Shown here piece by piece: positions 43,956-56,126 of a DNA stretch of 64,000 nucleotides. Source of the DNA: Lama glama. Lineage: Eukaryota. The stretch lies in contig CM052817.1 in NCBI GenBank assembly GCA_028534125.1, positions 48,610,001 through 48,674,000 of the forward strand. Reading direction: 5' to 3'. The notes beneath the pieces are model-generated. The model was given only the letters and a program-made list of their open reading frames with translations, did no database searches and was not told the DNA's origin. The stretch's first letter is position 1, and every line of letters begins with the position of its first letter. A program made the position numbers and the translations under genes.

Positions 43956-46900
43956 CTGGCCAGAATTATCCAACTAGGAAGTATGCCTCTTTGGCATTTC
44001 AGTTGCAAACTTAGGCATTCAGAGAATATGGAATCTGTTATGTGAGGACTGGATCTTATAATTTTATCTCTTAAGATAGCATTTATTTGAAAATAATACC
44101 TTTTATAGGATATAGACTTACCAATTGATTTGCTCCATAGGACAAGTAAAACATTCCTGGATAAAGCTAAATATAAATACAAAAATCAACACAAAATGCA
44201 TTTCCCAAGAGAAAAACTTTAAATTAAATTACAAACAGAGAAGTGGTATTAAAACAAACTTACTGGAGATGGTTTATTTTGTGGCATTGGTCCCCGAGAT
44301 AGCAAACGGGATATTGGAACCAACATCTTTAAGTGGTAGAAAACAGAATAAGTAATTCATATTTGCTATAACACGGGCAAACCTCCCATTACAACTATTT
44401 CTGAGAGTTATATGAAGCACATTTCCAGATGGAATACTATGATAAACAAGTGTTTAATATCTAAGTAAACAAAGGAACCCACTATATTTCATACTCACAG
44501 ATAAGTGGGACAATTAAAAAGTTTTACTCTTCTTTCCCAAAGTATAGAGATATATCTCCCAAGGAAGTGTCTTACTGAGATTTGTACTTACTGGTAGATC
44601 TTGTGGATCAGCAAAATCCATTCCTGGTAGCTGCATTACAGATCAATATTAAAATTACTCAACAATCAAAATAGGCAAAATGAGTTGAAAAACACTCTTA
44701 TTTACAATTATGATAGTTTAAAATGAGTTTCCCTATTTTCACTTTCATTTAGTCTTGGAGAGTACAACCTAAGAGATTACAATTGCCCTTTACTGACATG
44801 ACTCACATGCATGGCAGGGAGATGGGGCATGTCTGTCACGAGTTTGCTTTATCTTGCAGAGTAGAAAGCAATGAATTTTGGAATCAGAGCATGCCAGGTT
44901 GGTTTGAATTCTGGGTCTGCCACTTAATTTTTGTGTAATATGGGGGACATATTATAGTCTCTCAAAATCTGTCTTTTCTTTTAAAAAAAGGATAATATCT
45001 CTCTTCATAGAGTTGGAGTTAGGATGATACGGCGGAATGTTAAATGCCTGCAACATACTAGTTTCATGGTACCTTCCTTTTCTGTCCATTGCTCTTTTCT
45101 TTATATTATTACAAGATACTTTTGCTTGATTGCCTTCTTTACTACCAGATAGAGAAATAATAATGCAGTAATACTGCTTGCAATGCTGAGGGATCAATCA
45201 CTCTTGTCAGTCTGCCCAACACTGAAAAACAGCCTGATGAGATGAAGTCTGGAGTTCTCTGGGCTGTCCTATTTCCTCTGAAAGCTTCCTCGTTTATCTT
45301 TTGCAACTGAGAAACCAGTTTTGCAGGAACAGGATCTTTAAGAATTCATGCCCCATTTCAGATGGCAAAGGACAGGGATGTGTATTTATGTTCTACTCCC
45401 AGATATGTCAACTGCTTAAAAACATGTTTGTATTTTTGTGCATTATGCCCCAAACTCTGATTATTTAAATGTGCACTGCCAATTGGTTTTCTTTCATTAA
45501 GTTAGTAGATGATCCTGATCTGACTTCAGAGAAAGGAATTACCTCGGCCGTTGGTGGCTTTTCTGATGGTGCCACCTGCTCTTGCACCATTGGCCCCTCA
45601 ACTTGCTGCAAGGGTGGATGTCCCTGGTAAACCGGAGGCTGAGGTAGTCCCTTCTGGACTGAGTTCTGGATGGCGGTTACAACAGTGGGCTGGAGGAAAG
45701 GTTTCTGTCCTGGCTGTTGAGGCTGCAGGGATGGCTGCGATGGGAGAGGTGGGGGATGCACAGGCAAAGAATATTCATACTGCAGAGAAATTTGAAAGGA
45801 GCGTCAGGAAGCCATGGCTCACTGAACTGTGATGTCTAGAATTTCTAAAGCAAAAGGGCCGGGGGAGCTTTCTACTTGGAAGAGAGTCTAGTGGACTTGT
45901 CTTGAAGCTGTGTTACACAGGAAGCACTGATTCATTTAAAGTCAGTGTTATTTGGGGTGATCTGGTGGGTGTCTGCCTCCTCCACTTCCTACTCCCTTTG
46001 GGACTGACTACCACTGCTCATGATGATGGGAAGCTCTAGGAACTTCCGAGTAGAATGAATCGTTTCCTTCTCTGGATTCCCATAGCTATCTCTATGTATC
46101 TCTATTTTACCACTTTCTCACTGGATTACAATTATTTGTTATAAATCTTTGTCGCTCACTCAACTGAGAGAGAATAATATGCCTTATTTATTTTTATAGC
46201 CCCAGGACTTAACATAGCCCCTAATAAGTGCTTGGCACATGATAGATAATACATATATTTTTTGAGTTGATGAAAGGAGAAAGCATAATTAAATAAAATA
46301 CCAATCAAATTCCTGCTTCATGTATTCCTTTCAGAAGCAATCAAGTGGAGAAACCATCACTATTAACATAATTTACTGTCCCACTAAATGTGGCTTGGTG
46401 AGTAATGCTGCTTGGTTTGGAAGAGCATCTGGAATCAAAAGTTCCTGTTAAAACAATCATGTTCTGTTGCTCCTCTTTGAAATTACCTATTGTGAATGGC
46501 TCCCTATTATTTTTAAATTGGTTGCAAGCTCCTCAAAGTGGCTCAGAAACCTCACAACAATCTGGCTCTGCTTCACCTCTTCAACCACTGCCCATCTCTA
46601 AACTTCTGGGCTTTCATTAACTTGTACCTGATTCATTACTTAGACCTCACTACTTAGCACCCTGTAATGTGTTGTCTTATTCTCTAATCAGATGTGGGAT
46701 TTCATAAGCCTGCCTTGGAGACATTCTTAAATGCCTTCACTTTCACTCCCAAACTGCAGTTTGGTTTATATATTTATTACACACCTAATAAAATATGGTT
46801 AAATGATTGATGTATTTATTAATTGCTATAGGGTTCATAATATTTCAACTAGGATATTGGCATCATTTTAAATGTCTTTGAGTAATTATTTAAGGAATCT

Positions 46901-49900
46901 TGACTAAAATCAGAATTTTCCAGGATATAGCCTGCTTTCATTTTGAGGATAGTTTATCTATTGTTATTATTTAGCATAAGTGTCTTATATTTTTGAGGTC
47001 ATATCTTCCTATTGGAAATAAGTATACAAATGGTTGAAAATTTGGACCATTTTATTTAAATTTTTCTAAGTACTAAAAACAGTTGTAGGTTTTGATTTAT
47101 TGTTATTTGGATGATTTTTCATTCATTACTTTTACCTGTCTGTGGTTAATATATGATAGCTTAGAGAAGGCAAATAGGGGAATAGTTTAAAGCTTGAGGT
47201 TTCAGACACATTGATGCAATTAACTTACCTGTTGAGTTTCATGTTCCCTTGGTCTCATCCATGGGAAAGAGGAGTGTGGTGGGAGGAGACCATGCATCCA
47301 CAAAGAATTAAATGATTTCCCAAAGCCAAATCTTGAATACTGAAGATACGGAGAAAAAAAATATGCGTATATTTCAGTTGTCTTAAACTTGGTTTCCATT
47401 TTCTAAAAAAATCCACAGGAGATGTAGAAATAGCAAAAGTAAGAGTGATATTGATTAATTTAATGTGGATAGGTTAAGTCTTCCAAAAGACTTTCCATTC
47501 TGAGCCAGTTTGCAGTATTCCCATAAACTTGTTTGAGATTTAGTTTTTTAAACATTCATATTGTGGACTGTATAATAAAATTGATAATGCAAGAAAGAAT
47601 TTTTTTCTTACTAAAGAAAATACAACATTATTTTTATTTTCTCCTGCCATCCCGCCCCAGGGCCTTATTTTGTTTTAGGTTACCTCAATTACTTGTTTGC
47701 TCTTTTAGGAGGAAGGGTATAGCTCAAGTGGTAGAGTGCATGCTTAGCCCCTAAGAGGTCCTAGGTTCAATCCCCAGTACCACTTCCAAGTGGAAATCAG
47801 TGAAGAAGCCTAATTATTTCCCCCTCAGAAAACAAATACAAACTTATTTGCTCTTTTAGTTTTTAGGATATTGTTTGTTCACAAACAAATTGTATGAATT
47901 ACAATGCTGCTGCTATCACTATCGCCACCATCATGAATATTTGCAATAAGAAACATGTGAAAATGTTACCTGAGAAAGCAAGTTTAATCCCTGCAAACTT
48001 CCCAGCTGTCTCATTGTCTATGAAGAAAAAAAAAGTGGATTAGTGTTTGCCACATATGTTCCTTTTTTGTATGACACAATTGATTTCTCAACATATGGTA
48101 GTATTAGCACAAAGTTTGGGGTCAATAAAAATAAAATAATAAGAGACACAACTCATCACTGAAAGTGGAAATGTTAAGTGTGGTTCTGCCATTGTTGTCA
48201 CCATTGCTATTAAAATAGTGAGCTCACTTTTTATCATTAATTAAAAGAGAGAAAATATCATTTAAGTGGAAGTCATATTGAAACATGGAAAAATAGCTAA
48301 TTCAGCTGAAATATCAATGTAATCACGAGGACATTGTCTTATTGACTCTTTTTTCCCCTCATATAACTTCCTTTGCCTTTTACCAATCCAGCCCGAAGAG
48401 GAATTTGAAAAGAACAAGCAAACAAACCAAAATAAATCAGAACAAAACAACTCTGCCTCCTTCCCAAATGAAAAAAGCCCTCAAAATAATAAATATAAAA
48501 AGCACTGAGGAAAATGGTAAGTATCTGGATAGATGGCCAGGAATGCTGCCAATTCAACAGAAAGTCACTTTCACTCTTCTTAGGAAAAGGTTTAGAGTGC
48601 TTTGAGTTGAGTTTGAGCTAGAAAGTAAGAAAAAAAAAAAACTCAGTGAAATTAGCTTCCATGTGAAATAAGCAGCTAGCACATACAAGTATCAATTGCC
48701 CTCAGATTGTCATGATATAGGTAAATCTGCAAGGCTTTGTGAAAAATTTCTAATCTCAAAATTACTTTTCTATTCATGAATGTTTATATTTTCTACTGAT
48801 ATAGTCAAACATTTCTATTTTGCTGGGATTTTCTAAACAAAGTGTGTGTTAGTTATAAGAACTGCAATAAGACAAACAGCAGCTATACAGCATAGTACAA
48901 TGTCAGTACTATTTACAGTCCTCATAAACAATTACATTTTCTTAAGATAAATTTTCCTCATGACAACTTTATCATATACCAGCAGGAAAAGAAACTAAGT
49001 GTAAACCATTTGTGACTTCAGAACAATGTGTTTTCAATGTATTTACACTATTATTAGGCATTAAATATTAGTATTGTTTTGATTCACATACAGATGATGT
49101 TCTAAAGATTAAAACACCTGAAAGTTTAACATTGCAGTAAAATTATAAGATGAAGCTCTAATAAATGTCGTAAACTTCCCTAGAGCTTTACAGGAAGGAG
49201 GACAGCCACTGACTTCTGGCTAGGAAAACTGAAAAACAATCCATGTATTTCTCTCGTATCAGGAACATACCAATGTAAAGATTATATGTAGATACTCTGA
49301 AAATACATACCTCAAGGCTCAAACTAGCCATGCCTGGTGTCCCAGGTTGCTGAGGAAACGCCTGAATGGAAATAAGAATAATTTTGTGTTCTTTGGTCAG
49401 AAACTCCCTTACACAGTGAAAACAGAAAGCTACACCAGTACATAAGGGCAAGCTAATGTTGGTTTATTACCCAAATGACTTGAGCTTTTGGGTAGAATGA
49501 AGAACTTAAGTTGTTTGTGATATTAACATAACATTGAATAATTTTGCTCCTACGTGAATCCTTTACCCTTTGTCTACATCCTAATGCTATGTTGCTTAAA
49601 AAGCAAAATTTGAGTTGGTTTGAAAGTTACATTAAAAACAGATGAAAAGCGGAATAAAGCAACAAAATAGAAAACTAACAACTAAACTTAAATATTATCA
49701 GATAGAAAAGCAAAGGAAACAAACTTGAGCTCAATTTTCTTGTGTGTTTGACAAACCTATGAACTCTGGTTTGTGGAATGTGGGATGGGATCATGGCATT
49801 TGGCAAAACCATGTACAAAAGCCTAACTTGCCTCGCATTCACAGGACTTTTAACAAATCCTCCATCATCTTTAGTGAGAGATTAGTTTATGTGTAAACCT

Positions 49901-52342
49901 GTTGATCTGTGTTTATATTTTTCGGATCATATCAAAAAAGTATTTTTTCTTAAATAAAAGACATTCTAGCACCAAGTACTATTACACTTAATGTATTCAC
50001 TTAAAAGTTGTGAAAAATATAGCTACATTTACATCTAGGCTTTTAAAGTGTAAGATATTTTCTTTTCTAAGCCAAGCCTTATTAATATGCATGAATAAAA
50101 ATGGGGAAAAAACTGGAGAATGGAAGAGAAGAGTAACAGAGTGAATTTGATTTTGACGGTTTTTGGTTCTTTGGATATTCTTACTATCTAGGGTCAAGGA
50201 ATTTTAATGCCTTTCTTCCTTCATTTAAACCACAAATATGTANNNNNNNNNNNNNNNNNNNNNNNNNNNNNNNNNNNNNNNNNNNNNNNNNNNNNNNNNN
50301 NNNNNNNNNNNNNNNNNNNNNNNNNNNNNNNNNNNNNNNNNNTTTTTTTTCATTTACAAGTCATGTTGAATAATGGAACAGAAACTCTTTTTATCTGTAG
50401 AATGCAGGGTTTTCATCCTCATAGTCAGTTTTCTTCCCCCCTTTTAAAACATTTTAAGAAACCCAAATAGCTAATCCTTTGTCTTAAGGTACTTAAATCT
50501 TTTAAAGTTCATTTGAGGCCACCTATGAGCTCCTGAAGATAAGAGACCATGTCACATTGATTGTCTTGTCTCCAGTGCCAGCATGTTTCTGGATACATGA
50601 CAGGTACTCAGTCAATATTTGCCAAAAGCATATAGTGGCTGAATAAAGTCTTCCTGTAAACAGAATCACATGCTACTGGCTGAAGTAGTTCAGTGCTCAA
50701 AGGATTGTGCTTGTATGCAATCACCTCAATAGGTGATAGAGTAGACCAGGGGTGGGACTGTAACATACAGTTAGCGCCACTGCCATGACATATTCTGATT
50801 TAAGAAACTTCACTCTCAGTCACATAATTTCTCCCCATCAGGCAAATTCATTGCTTAATTACTAGCTTCAAATAGAATCACTTAGCTCAGTTTTGTAATC
50901 ATAGTAATTTGGCTAATATTGTTCTTTTGGAAATGAAGAAGAAAATGTACTTTACTCTTTTGGAGAAATTTCCTTTTTCTGTTTTGATTTCATAATGGTA
51001 GCAGGTAGTTGATAATAAATTTGTGCTGTGGCATTGTTGGAAAACACATACATCTTATACCTCTGAATGGAATAAGACTTAGAAGTTGTCTTTGGAATAT
51101 TTAAAGTATCTTTTTGAATAGGAAAATTATATATTTAACTTATTGCTTTTGGATGGTCAGGGCTGACATCTGGGCAACTGTGACTTTTAACTCAGAAGGA
51201 AGACACCACTGGATTAATCCAGATGAATCATGTATGGACACTCAGCTGTGTCCTTCAGTTTGATGTCTGGGCAATATTTCTCCGAGGGCACCCTCTAGAA
51301 CACTGACTTACCGGCACTGCAGAACTCATTTTCAGGAGGCACAGGATCAGTATCATGTCCTTCATTTTGAAAAGTGGTATCTGAAACAGAGTTGGATTGG
51401 AGAATTAAATCAGAGGAGTTTTTACATCAGAATGGTTAAAAGACAATATTTTCCTGAGCCAAGTCTCTGCTCTTCCAAAATGACTAGGTTCAAAACAAAA
51501 TCAAAACCAAAAAACCAACTAAATGTTGCTAAACAGCTGATTTTTATTTACTAGTTTTTGGAATAAATTGACAAGCAATTAAAATTTTTCTAAGTACTCT
51601 GATTTTTTTACAGAGGTACCACCCAGATGAACATGTGGGAACACCTCCATGAATATTCTTTAAATGCTGTGTTTAATTTCAGAAAATAAATTATAAATTT
51701 GAAAATCCCTTTCACTGTGTGAAATTTTGGTCTATTAAGTATGATTCACAGGATTTTATACCTTGTTTCCCTCCAGAGTAAATTTTGAAATGCATTTTAA
51801 ATGTAATACAACCAATAATCATTTCATAACAAACCTTTATGTGCAGATATAAAGGGTATACCATTCCATGTTTAGGTTATTCAGAAAATGATGCCAAAAA
51901 TTATCTTTTTAAAATAAAAATGAGCTAGATATTTTAATTTCCTTTGATATTAGTGGACAATATATCTCAAAATTGAGTTTTCCTCTTTCTAAAATAAATT
52001 ATCTCTTTAAGTTTATTCTAAAAGTTCAAACGACTACTCTCACATGAACAGAATTCTGACTAGTCAGAGATTTACTTACTTTTCTCAATTATTAGTGCTG
52101 TCACCAATCACAAATAGTAAAAAAAAAATTTATAGAAAAGTCTTTTTTTTTCTTAGCTGGAAGGATATTAGGCATGTCTTCTCTGGAACATGCTAATAAT
52201 GGTTTACAATAGGCTATTATTCTGCTTCTGGTGACAAGTGAAGATAAATCCTCTTTATAAATGCTGCCTGGAGATAGGAAAAAAGAACTTACAGGAATCA
52301 CATGGAAATCATAAAATCACATTTTACCTTCAATGCTGGCAT
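41208..52342 (-). CDS. AMBN: Ameloblastin, complete spliced CDS: join of 52328-52342, 51312-51380, 49311-49361, 47970-48017, 47229-47339, 45543-45779, 44592-44630, 44264-44326, 44122-44166, 43661-43705, 41208-41738; 1254 nt, 417 aa
   Basis: All 11 exons read by eye, phase 0 GT-AG, with an open frame from MPALKIPLFKMKD to DAWHFQEP*. Confidence 0.97.
43661..43705 (-). CDS. AMBN: AMBN exon (human exon 12 equivalent): SAPARLGILSSEEMA
   Basis: ctttttaaacag acceptor, gtgagt donor, SSEE motif. Confidence 0.95.
43927..43955. repeat. (TG)n microsatellite, about 14 units
   Basis: tgtgtgtgtgtgtgtgtgtgtgtgtgtgt. Confidence 0.95.
44122..44166 (-). CDS. AMBN: AMBN exon (human exon 11 equivalent): LYPGMFYLSYGANQL
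   Basis: tatttag acceptor, gtaagt donor, 45 nt. Confidence 0.95.
44264..44326 (-). CDS. AMBN: AMBN exon (human exon 10 equivalent): MLVPISRLLSRGPMPQNKPSP
   Basis: cttaaag acceptor, gtaagt donor, 63 nt. Confidence 0.93.
44592..44630 (-). CDS. AMBN: AMBN exon 7: LPGMDFADPQDLP
   Basis: aatgcag acceptor, gtaagt donor, 39 nt. Confidence 0.95.
45543..45779 (-). CDS. AMBN: AMBN exon 6: YEYSLPVHPPPLPSQPSLQPQQPGQKP...APSEKPPTAE
   Basis: tttctctgcag acceptor, gtaatt donor, 237 nt. Confidence 0.97.
47229..47339 (-). CDS. AMBN: AMBN exon 5: YSRFGFGKSFNSLWMHGLLPPHSSFPWMRPREHETQQ
   Basis: tatcttcag acceptor, gtaagt donor, 111 nt. Carries the highly conserved aromatic self-assembly motif. Confidence 0.97.
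47709..47841 (+). mobile_element. tRNA-Ala-derived SINE (camelid Vic-1-like) with an 18-bp TSD
   Basis: Head gggtatagctcaagtggtagagtgcatgcttagc...gaggtcctaggttcaatccccagtacc has A and B boxes and resembles tRNA-Ala, followed by an A-rich tail. TSD ACTT(G/A)TTTGCTCTTTTAG at 47691-47708 and 47842-47859. The family name is from recall. Confidence 0.85.
47970..48017 (-). CDS. AMBN: AMBN exon 4: TMRQLGSLQGLNLLSQ
   Basis: ttttcttcatag acceptor, gtaaca donor, 48 nt. Confidence 0.96.
49311..49361 (-). CDS. AMBN: AMBN exon 3: AFPQQPGTPGMASLSLE
   Basis: ttccattcag acceptor, gtatgt donor, ends in S-x-E. Confidence 0.96.
50243..50341. other. Assembly gap (99 N) in AMBN intron 2
   Basis: Run of N followed by a poly-T. 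Confidence 1.
51312..51380 (-). CDS. AMBN: AMBN exon 2 (signal peptide): IPLFKMKDMILILCLLKMSSAVP
   Basis: ctgtttcag acceptor, gtaagt donor, 69 nt. Confidence 0.96.
52328..52342 (-). CDS. AMBN: AMBN exon 1 coding part: MPALK
   Basis: ATGCCAGCATTGAAG|gtaaaat, in frame with exon 2. Confidence 0.92.
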
Positions 52343-52467
52343 GCACTGTGCTCTCAGGGCCTGGTGATGCCAACCAAGATAGTTCTAAGAAAAGAAGTTT
52401 AAAATTTTTTTCTGGACTGTGCCGGGGGACTCACTCTGTATCTCTCATCCAGGGAAGACCTGAAACC

Positions 52468-52531
52468 TTTATTTAAAGTGCCAATCCACCAATCAAAGTG
52501 AAGCTAAGTGGGGGAAAAAAACACAACCACT
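52468..52531 (-). promoter_or_regulatory. AMBN: AMBN core promoter: TATA-like box, two inverted CCAAT boxes and a RUNX-like site
   Basis: TTTAAATAAA on - at 52468-52477, CCAAT on + at 52481 and 52489, and AACCACT at 52525-52531 (one mismatch to the OSE2 site AACCACA). Confidence 0.65.
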
Positions 52532-53870
52532 CTGCTCCTGCAATTAGTCTACACCCTTTTATTTCATGCAAGGACATTGGCCCAGTAGAGTCTCATTATT
52601 TTTAATTGTAACTCAACCCCTGTATTTATTCAGAGAACTTGATTGCAGGCAAGACAGTGAAGGAATAGTGGACATAAACTCTGAAGACAATTATTTTGGT
52701 GAGCTGGGAGAAATATCTGTAGAATAGGTGCAAAATAAACCATCATCTGCTTTGTGCAGGTTTTTATCTTTCAGTAAAGCTAATGACCCGTGCCAGTATT
52801 CTCAAGATTTTCACCTCATACTTGTTGTGGTAAAAGTAACTCTGCTCCCTTCCGCCAGCATACAGACAGTCTAGAAGGAAACACTAAAATGACTTCCTGG
52901 GGTTGGAAGAGAGGATGAAGATACTAGATGAGTAATAAATATGTTATAATCTTTCCTTAGAATTTCCCAGATACTTTTGTATCTGGAGACAATATACTAG
53001 AGATAGCCAAACTTCTGCAAGAAATTTCAATAGGACCCTCTGAATGAATCACCTCAGGTAAACCTTTAGTGCATGTTCTCTGGTGGGGAGAGGTACATAC
53101 ATCAGAACATTCTCCATGAACCAGTCAAGTCAGTGTGCACTACTGTCAGTTCACTCTTTAGATAGAACAATTTCCAGGCATTTAGTATGAAGCCAGGTTA
53201 GAGAGTGACATTTGTGTCACTTTAAAGGCTGCTATCAACATGAATGGGATTTTCTCTCTGAACAGTTAAGAATATCTTGGATATGGATTGACCTTTGGCA
53301 GCTTTTGTTATTTCTCTGCCCCTCCTTGTCTTTCCAAAGGTGTGATTTCAGATGTGGTAGGGGTAAGAGTTTAAGATTAGTTTCTTAAGAAGGGATGAGT
53401 CAGTATGCTCTTTAGGGAAGTAGAGGTCTTGTCAATTACAGGGAACATCGAGGAAGCTGGTATTTTGGGAGAAAGTTTTCTTCATACCTAACAGTTTATA
53501 ATGATATCCAAGAAGCTGTCCAAGAAAAAATGCATTTCCCATTGATAAGAGAATTATTTTTAGGAGGCAAAGAAATAAAGTATGTGAATGTGTTTTGTAA
53601 ATAGCAAAATGTTATTGAAATTAAAAGTATTATTTTTGGCCTCTCTCTCTCTTTATTCTGGCTCTGGTGCTTGGCTAAGTCCCTTAATCTCTCTGAGCTT
53701 CCATTTCTTCCTCTGTAATATAAGGGTAAGAATTACTACCTACCATAGACTTGTTTTGAAGATTTGGTGTGATGATGAAGATGCAGCAGCTCTGTACAGT
53801 GGGTGTGCAATAAATGGGTTGATAGTTCTTTGTGTGGGAGAAACCACATGAAACATGGGACCACAAAGAC

Positions 53871-53918
53871 ACTGTGTGTGCAGGTGTGACTGTGTGTGCA
53901 GGTGTGACTGTGTGTGTG
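53871..53918. repeat. 18-bp tandem repeat (ACTGTGTGTGCAGGTGTG) x about 2.6
   Basis: Two exact copies at 53871 and 53889 plus a partial third. Confidence 0.9.
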
Positions 53919-56126
53919 TTACAGGAGGAAGAGTACTGGCAGTTAGGTCCATGATCTCCAAGGAGGGTAGAGGAGGGATCTGATGGAAGGCATTTCCTCT
54001 AAATGGAAGTTGTTGCTGAATCTATGGGGTTAAGCTTCTTAGTTGACAGCTGAACAGAGAAATGGGAAGTGCGTGTATATGTCTTTTATGGCTTATGAGC
54101 ATGATCATGACATGCTAATAATGATATTTTGTAGGATTCATATGTTCTGCCTTTCTCTTAAGCCAATATCCAGTATGTCATAAGTCATGTTGCTTCTACC
54201 TTTTTTGAAATGTCCTTCACACTCAGTCTTGGCATTACTGTCTTCCAGGTGTTTACCAATTAGTTTCTTTTGCCTTCAATTTCCTGCATACCAACACCAA
54301 ACTTATCTTCCTAAAATATTGGTTTTAGTATTTCACTGCCCCACTCAAAAACTTTTTAAGGATCCCTGAGGCGCTAAGGTAAAATTCACCCTCTGGAACC
54401 AGACAGTCAAATTAACATTTTAATTCACTTTTCTAATCATACCTCCCACTTTATGTGAAACACTATATATTGATACAATAATAATGATTGTTGTAATCAG
54501 TTGAAGTTGGTTGTTTTTTTTGGTTTATGTTATTGAGAAAGTAAATATAATCCTATGAAAATGTTTTAATTACAAAAAAATCTAGAAATCAGTGTGAGTA
54601 CATGAGTGTTTCTGATAGTGATTATCGATGCTAAAGAAGTTACTGCAGCTGAAGGAAACTATGTTATGTTGATCAATACTATACCTATGTTAAGAACAAC
54701 CAGAGCCCCAATTAAGAAGCTCTGTGTTCAAAGTACAGCAAAAGTAAAAAAGCCCCTTAGAATAATAGAAGATCTAAGACACCTGTGGGGACATATGCCA
54801 CAGAAAATTTATAAAGAAAAATCTAGAAAAAGTAGCCCCTGTAGATGTTAGTACAGTTGGTGAGGGCACAGCTGTTTAAATCTCCTCTGTGACACTGATC
54901 ATGTGACACTGGGTGAGCTACTCAACTTGAATATATATAGTATTTTCCCACAGTAACTTCATCTGTAAAATGGAGGCTACCATAAGACAGTATTAATTTC
55001 ATTTAATTTAAATAGAATACTGAACATAAAGTTCTCAGCACACTATCTGATATAATGAAAATGTTCAATGACCATGAGTTATTATTATTCTTGAAATAAA
55101 GAGACATTAATATGGAAAGTCTACTTCATATTTGACTATGAGCCTTGGCTGTGGCTATTCCAGCCACCAGTGGGAACTGTAACAACTAACTAAAATGTGT
55201 AGGGATGTTCTGTATGTGACAAAACACAAACTCTAATTTTTACTTTGTTTTGACACATTGTCCTTTCAACAGAATTGTTAAGTCACTCTCTCCAGAACAT
55301 GCCGTGGTTTTTCTCTTCCAGGGTTTTAGGTGAACCTTTCTCTTTGCCTAGACTCTTTTCTTACCTCTTCACAACTCATTTTTAAAGTTCTATTCAAATT
55401 TTGCCTCTTCTGTGACTCCTTCCCCCCTACTCCATTCCTCTGTGATTTTTCCTTCTCTGAATTCCAAATATTTGTCAGTAATTTGGCAATCATTCATACA
55501 TCACATGGTGACAGATTGCTTGTTATAATCTTTCATGTTTCACTTGCATGCAGTCCTCTAAATTTAGGGAAATGGTTTTCATGTCTTTTCAGCCATGTAA
55601 AACATTCCTGCAAGAACAGAAATCATCCCTTCTCCTGTGCTGCATCCTTTGGTTCTGTGCACATTATCATAGGTAATACTTGGATAGTATTTCCTGTGGG
55701 AAGGCATTATTTTAGTGTTTTACAATGTATTAATTTATTTAATCCTCACAAGAACTTTATGAAGAAGACACCAGTCTCCCCCTTCTACACATGATGAAAC
55801 TGATCTATAGAGAGGTGAAGTAAATTGCCTGAAGTGACAAGTAAGCGGCGGAACCAGAATTTAGATACAGGCATGTTACTCTTATGCACTATGCCAAAAT
55901 AAATCAGTCATCCAATGGCAGATGACACTGACCAGATAGAGAGAAGTACAGCATAACACACCTGTCTGCAGGGAATTTATCAGCTACTTACTCAAAGGAG
56001 AGAGATACCTCCAGATAGCTAGTGAAACATACAACAAAACAACAATGATTTAACTGAAAAGCACATACAATATCAAAATGCATAATCCCACAGGGATTAA
56101 CTGCTAAAATAAGTAAACTATAGAAC

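Noticed and set aside
44490..44500. GTGAGTAT donor-like site as a remnant of AMBN exon 8/9
   Set aside because: The upstream sequence has no similarity to exon 7 and no suitable acceptor 39 nt away.
47709..47790. Functional tRNA-Ala gene
   Set aside because: The anticodon arm is degenerate, it is followed by a non-tRNA body and A-rich tail, and it is flanked by TSDs, so it is a SINE.
53871..53918. CRISPR-like repeat array
   Set aside because: These are contiguous TG-rich tandem units with no spacers, in a mammalian context.
55330..55794. 154-aa ORF
   Set aside because: It starts at GTG, overlaps decayed L2/MIR sequence and has no recognisable domain or splice structure.
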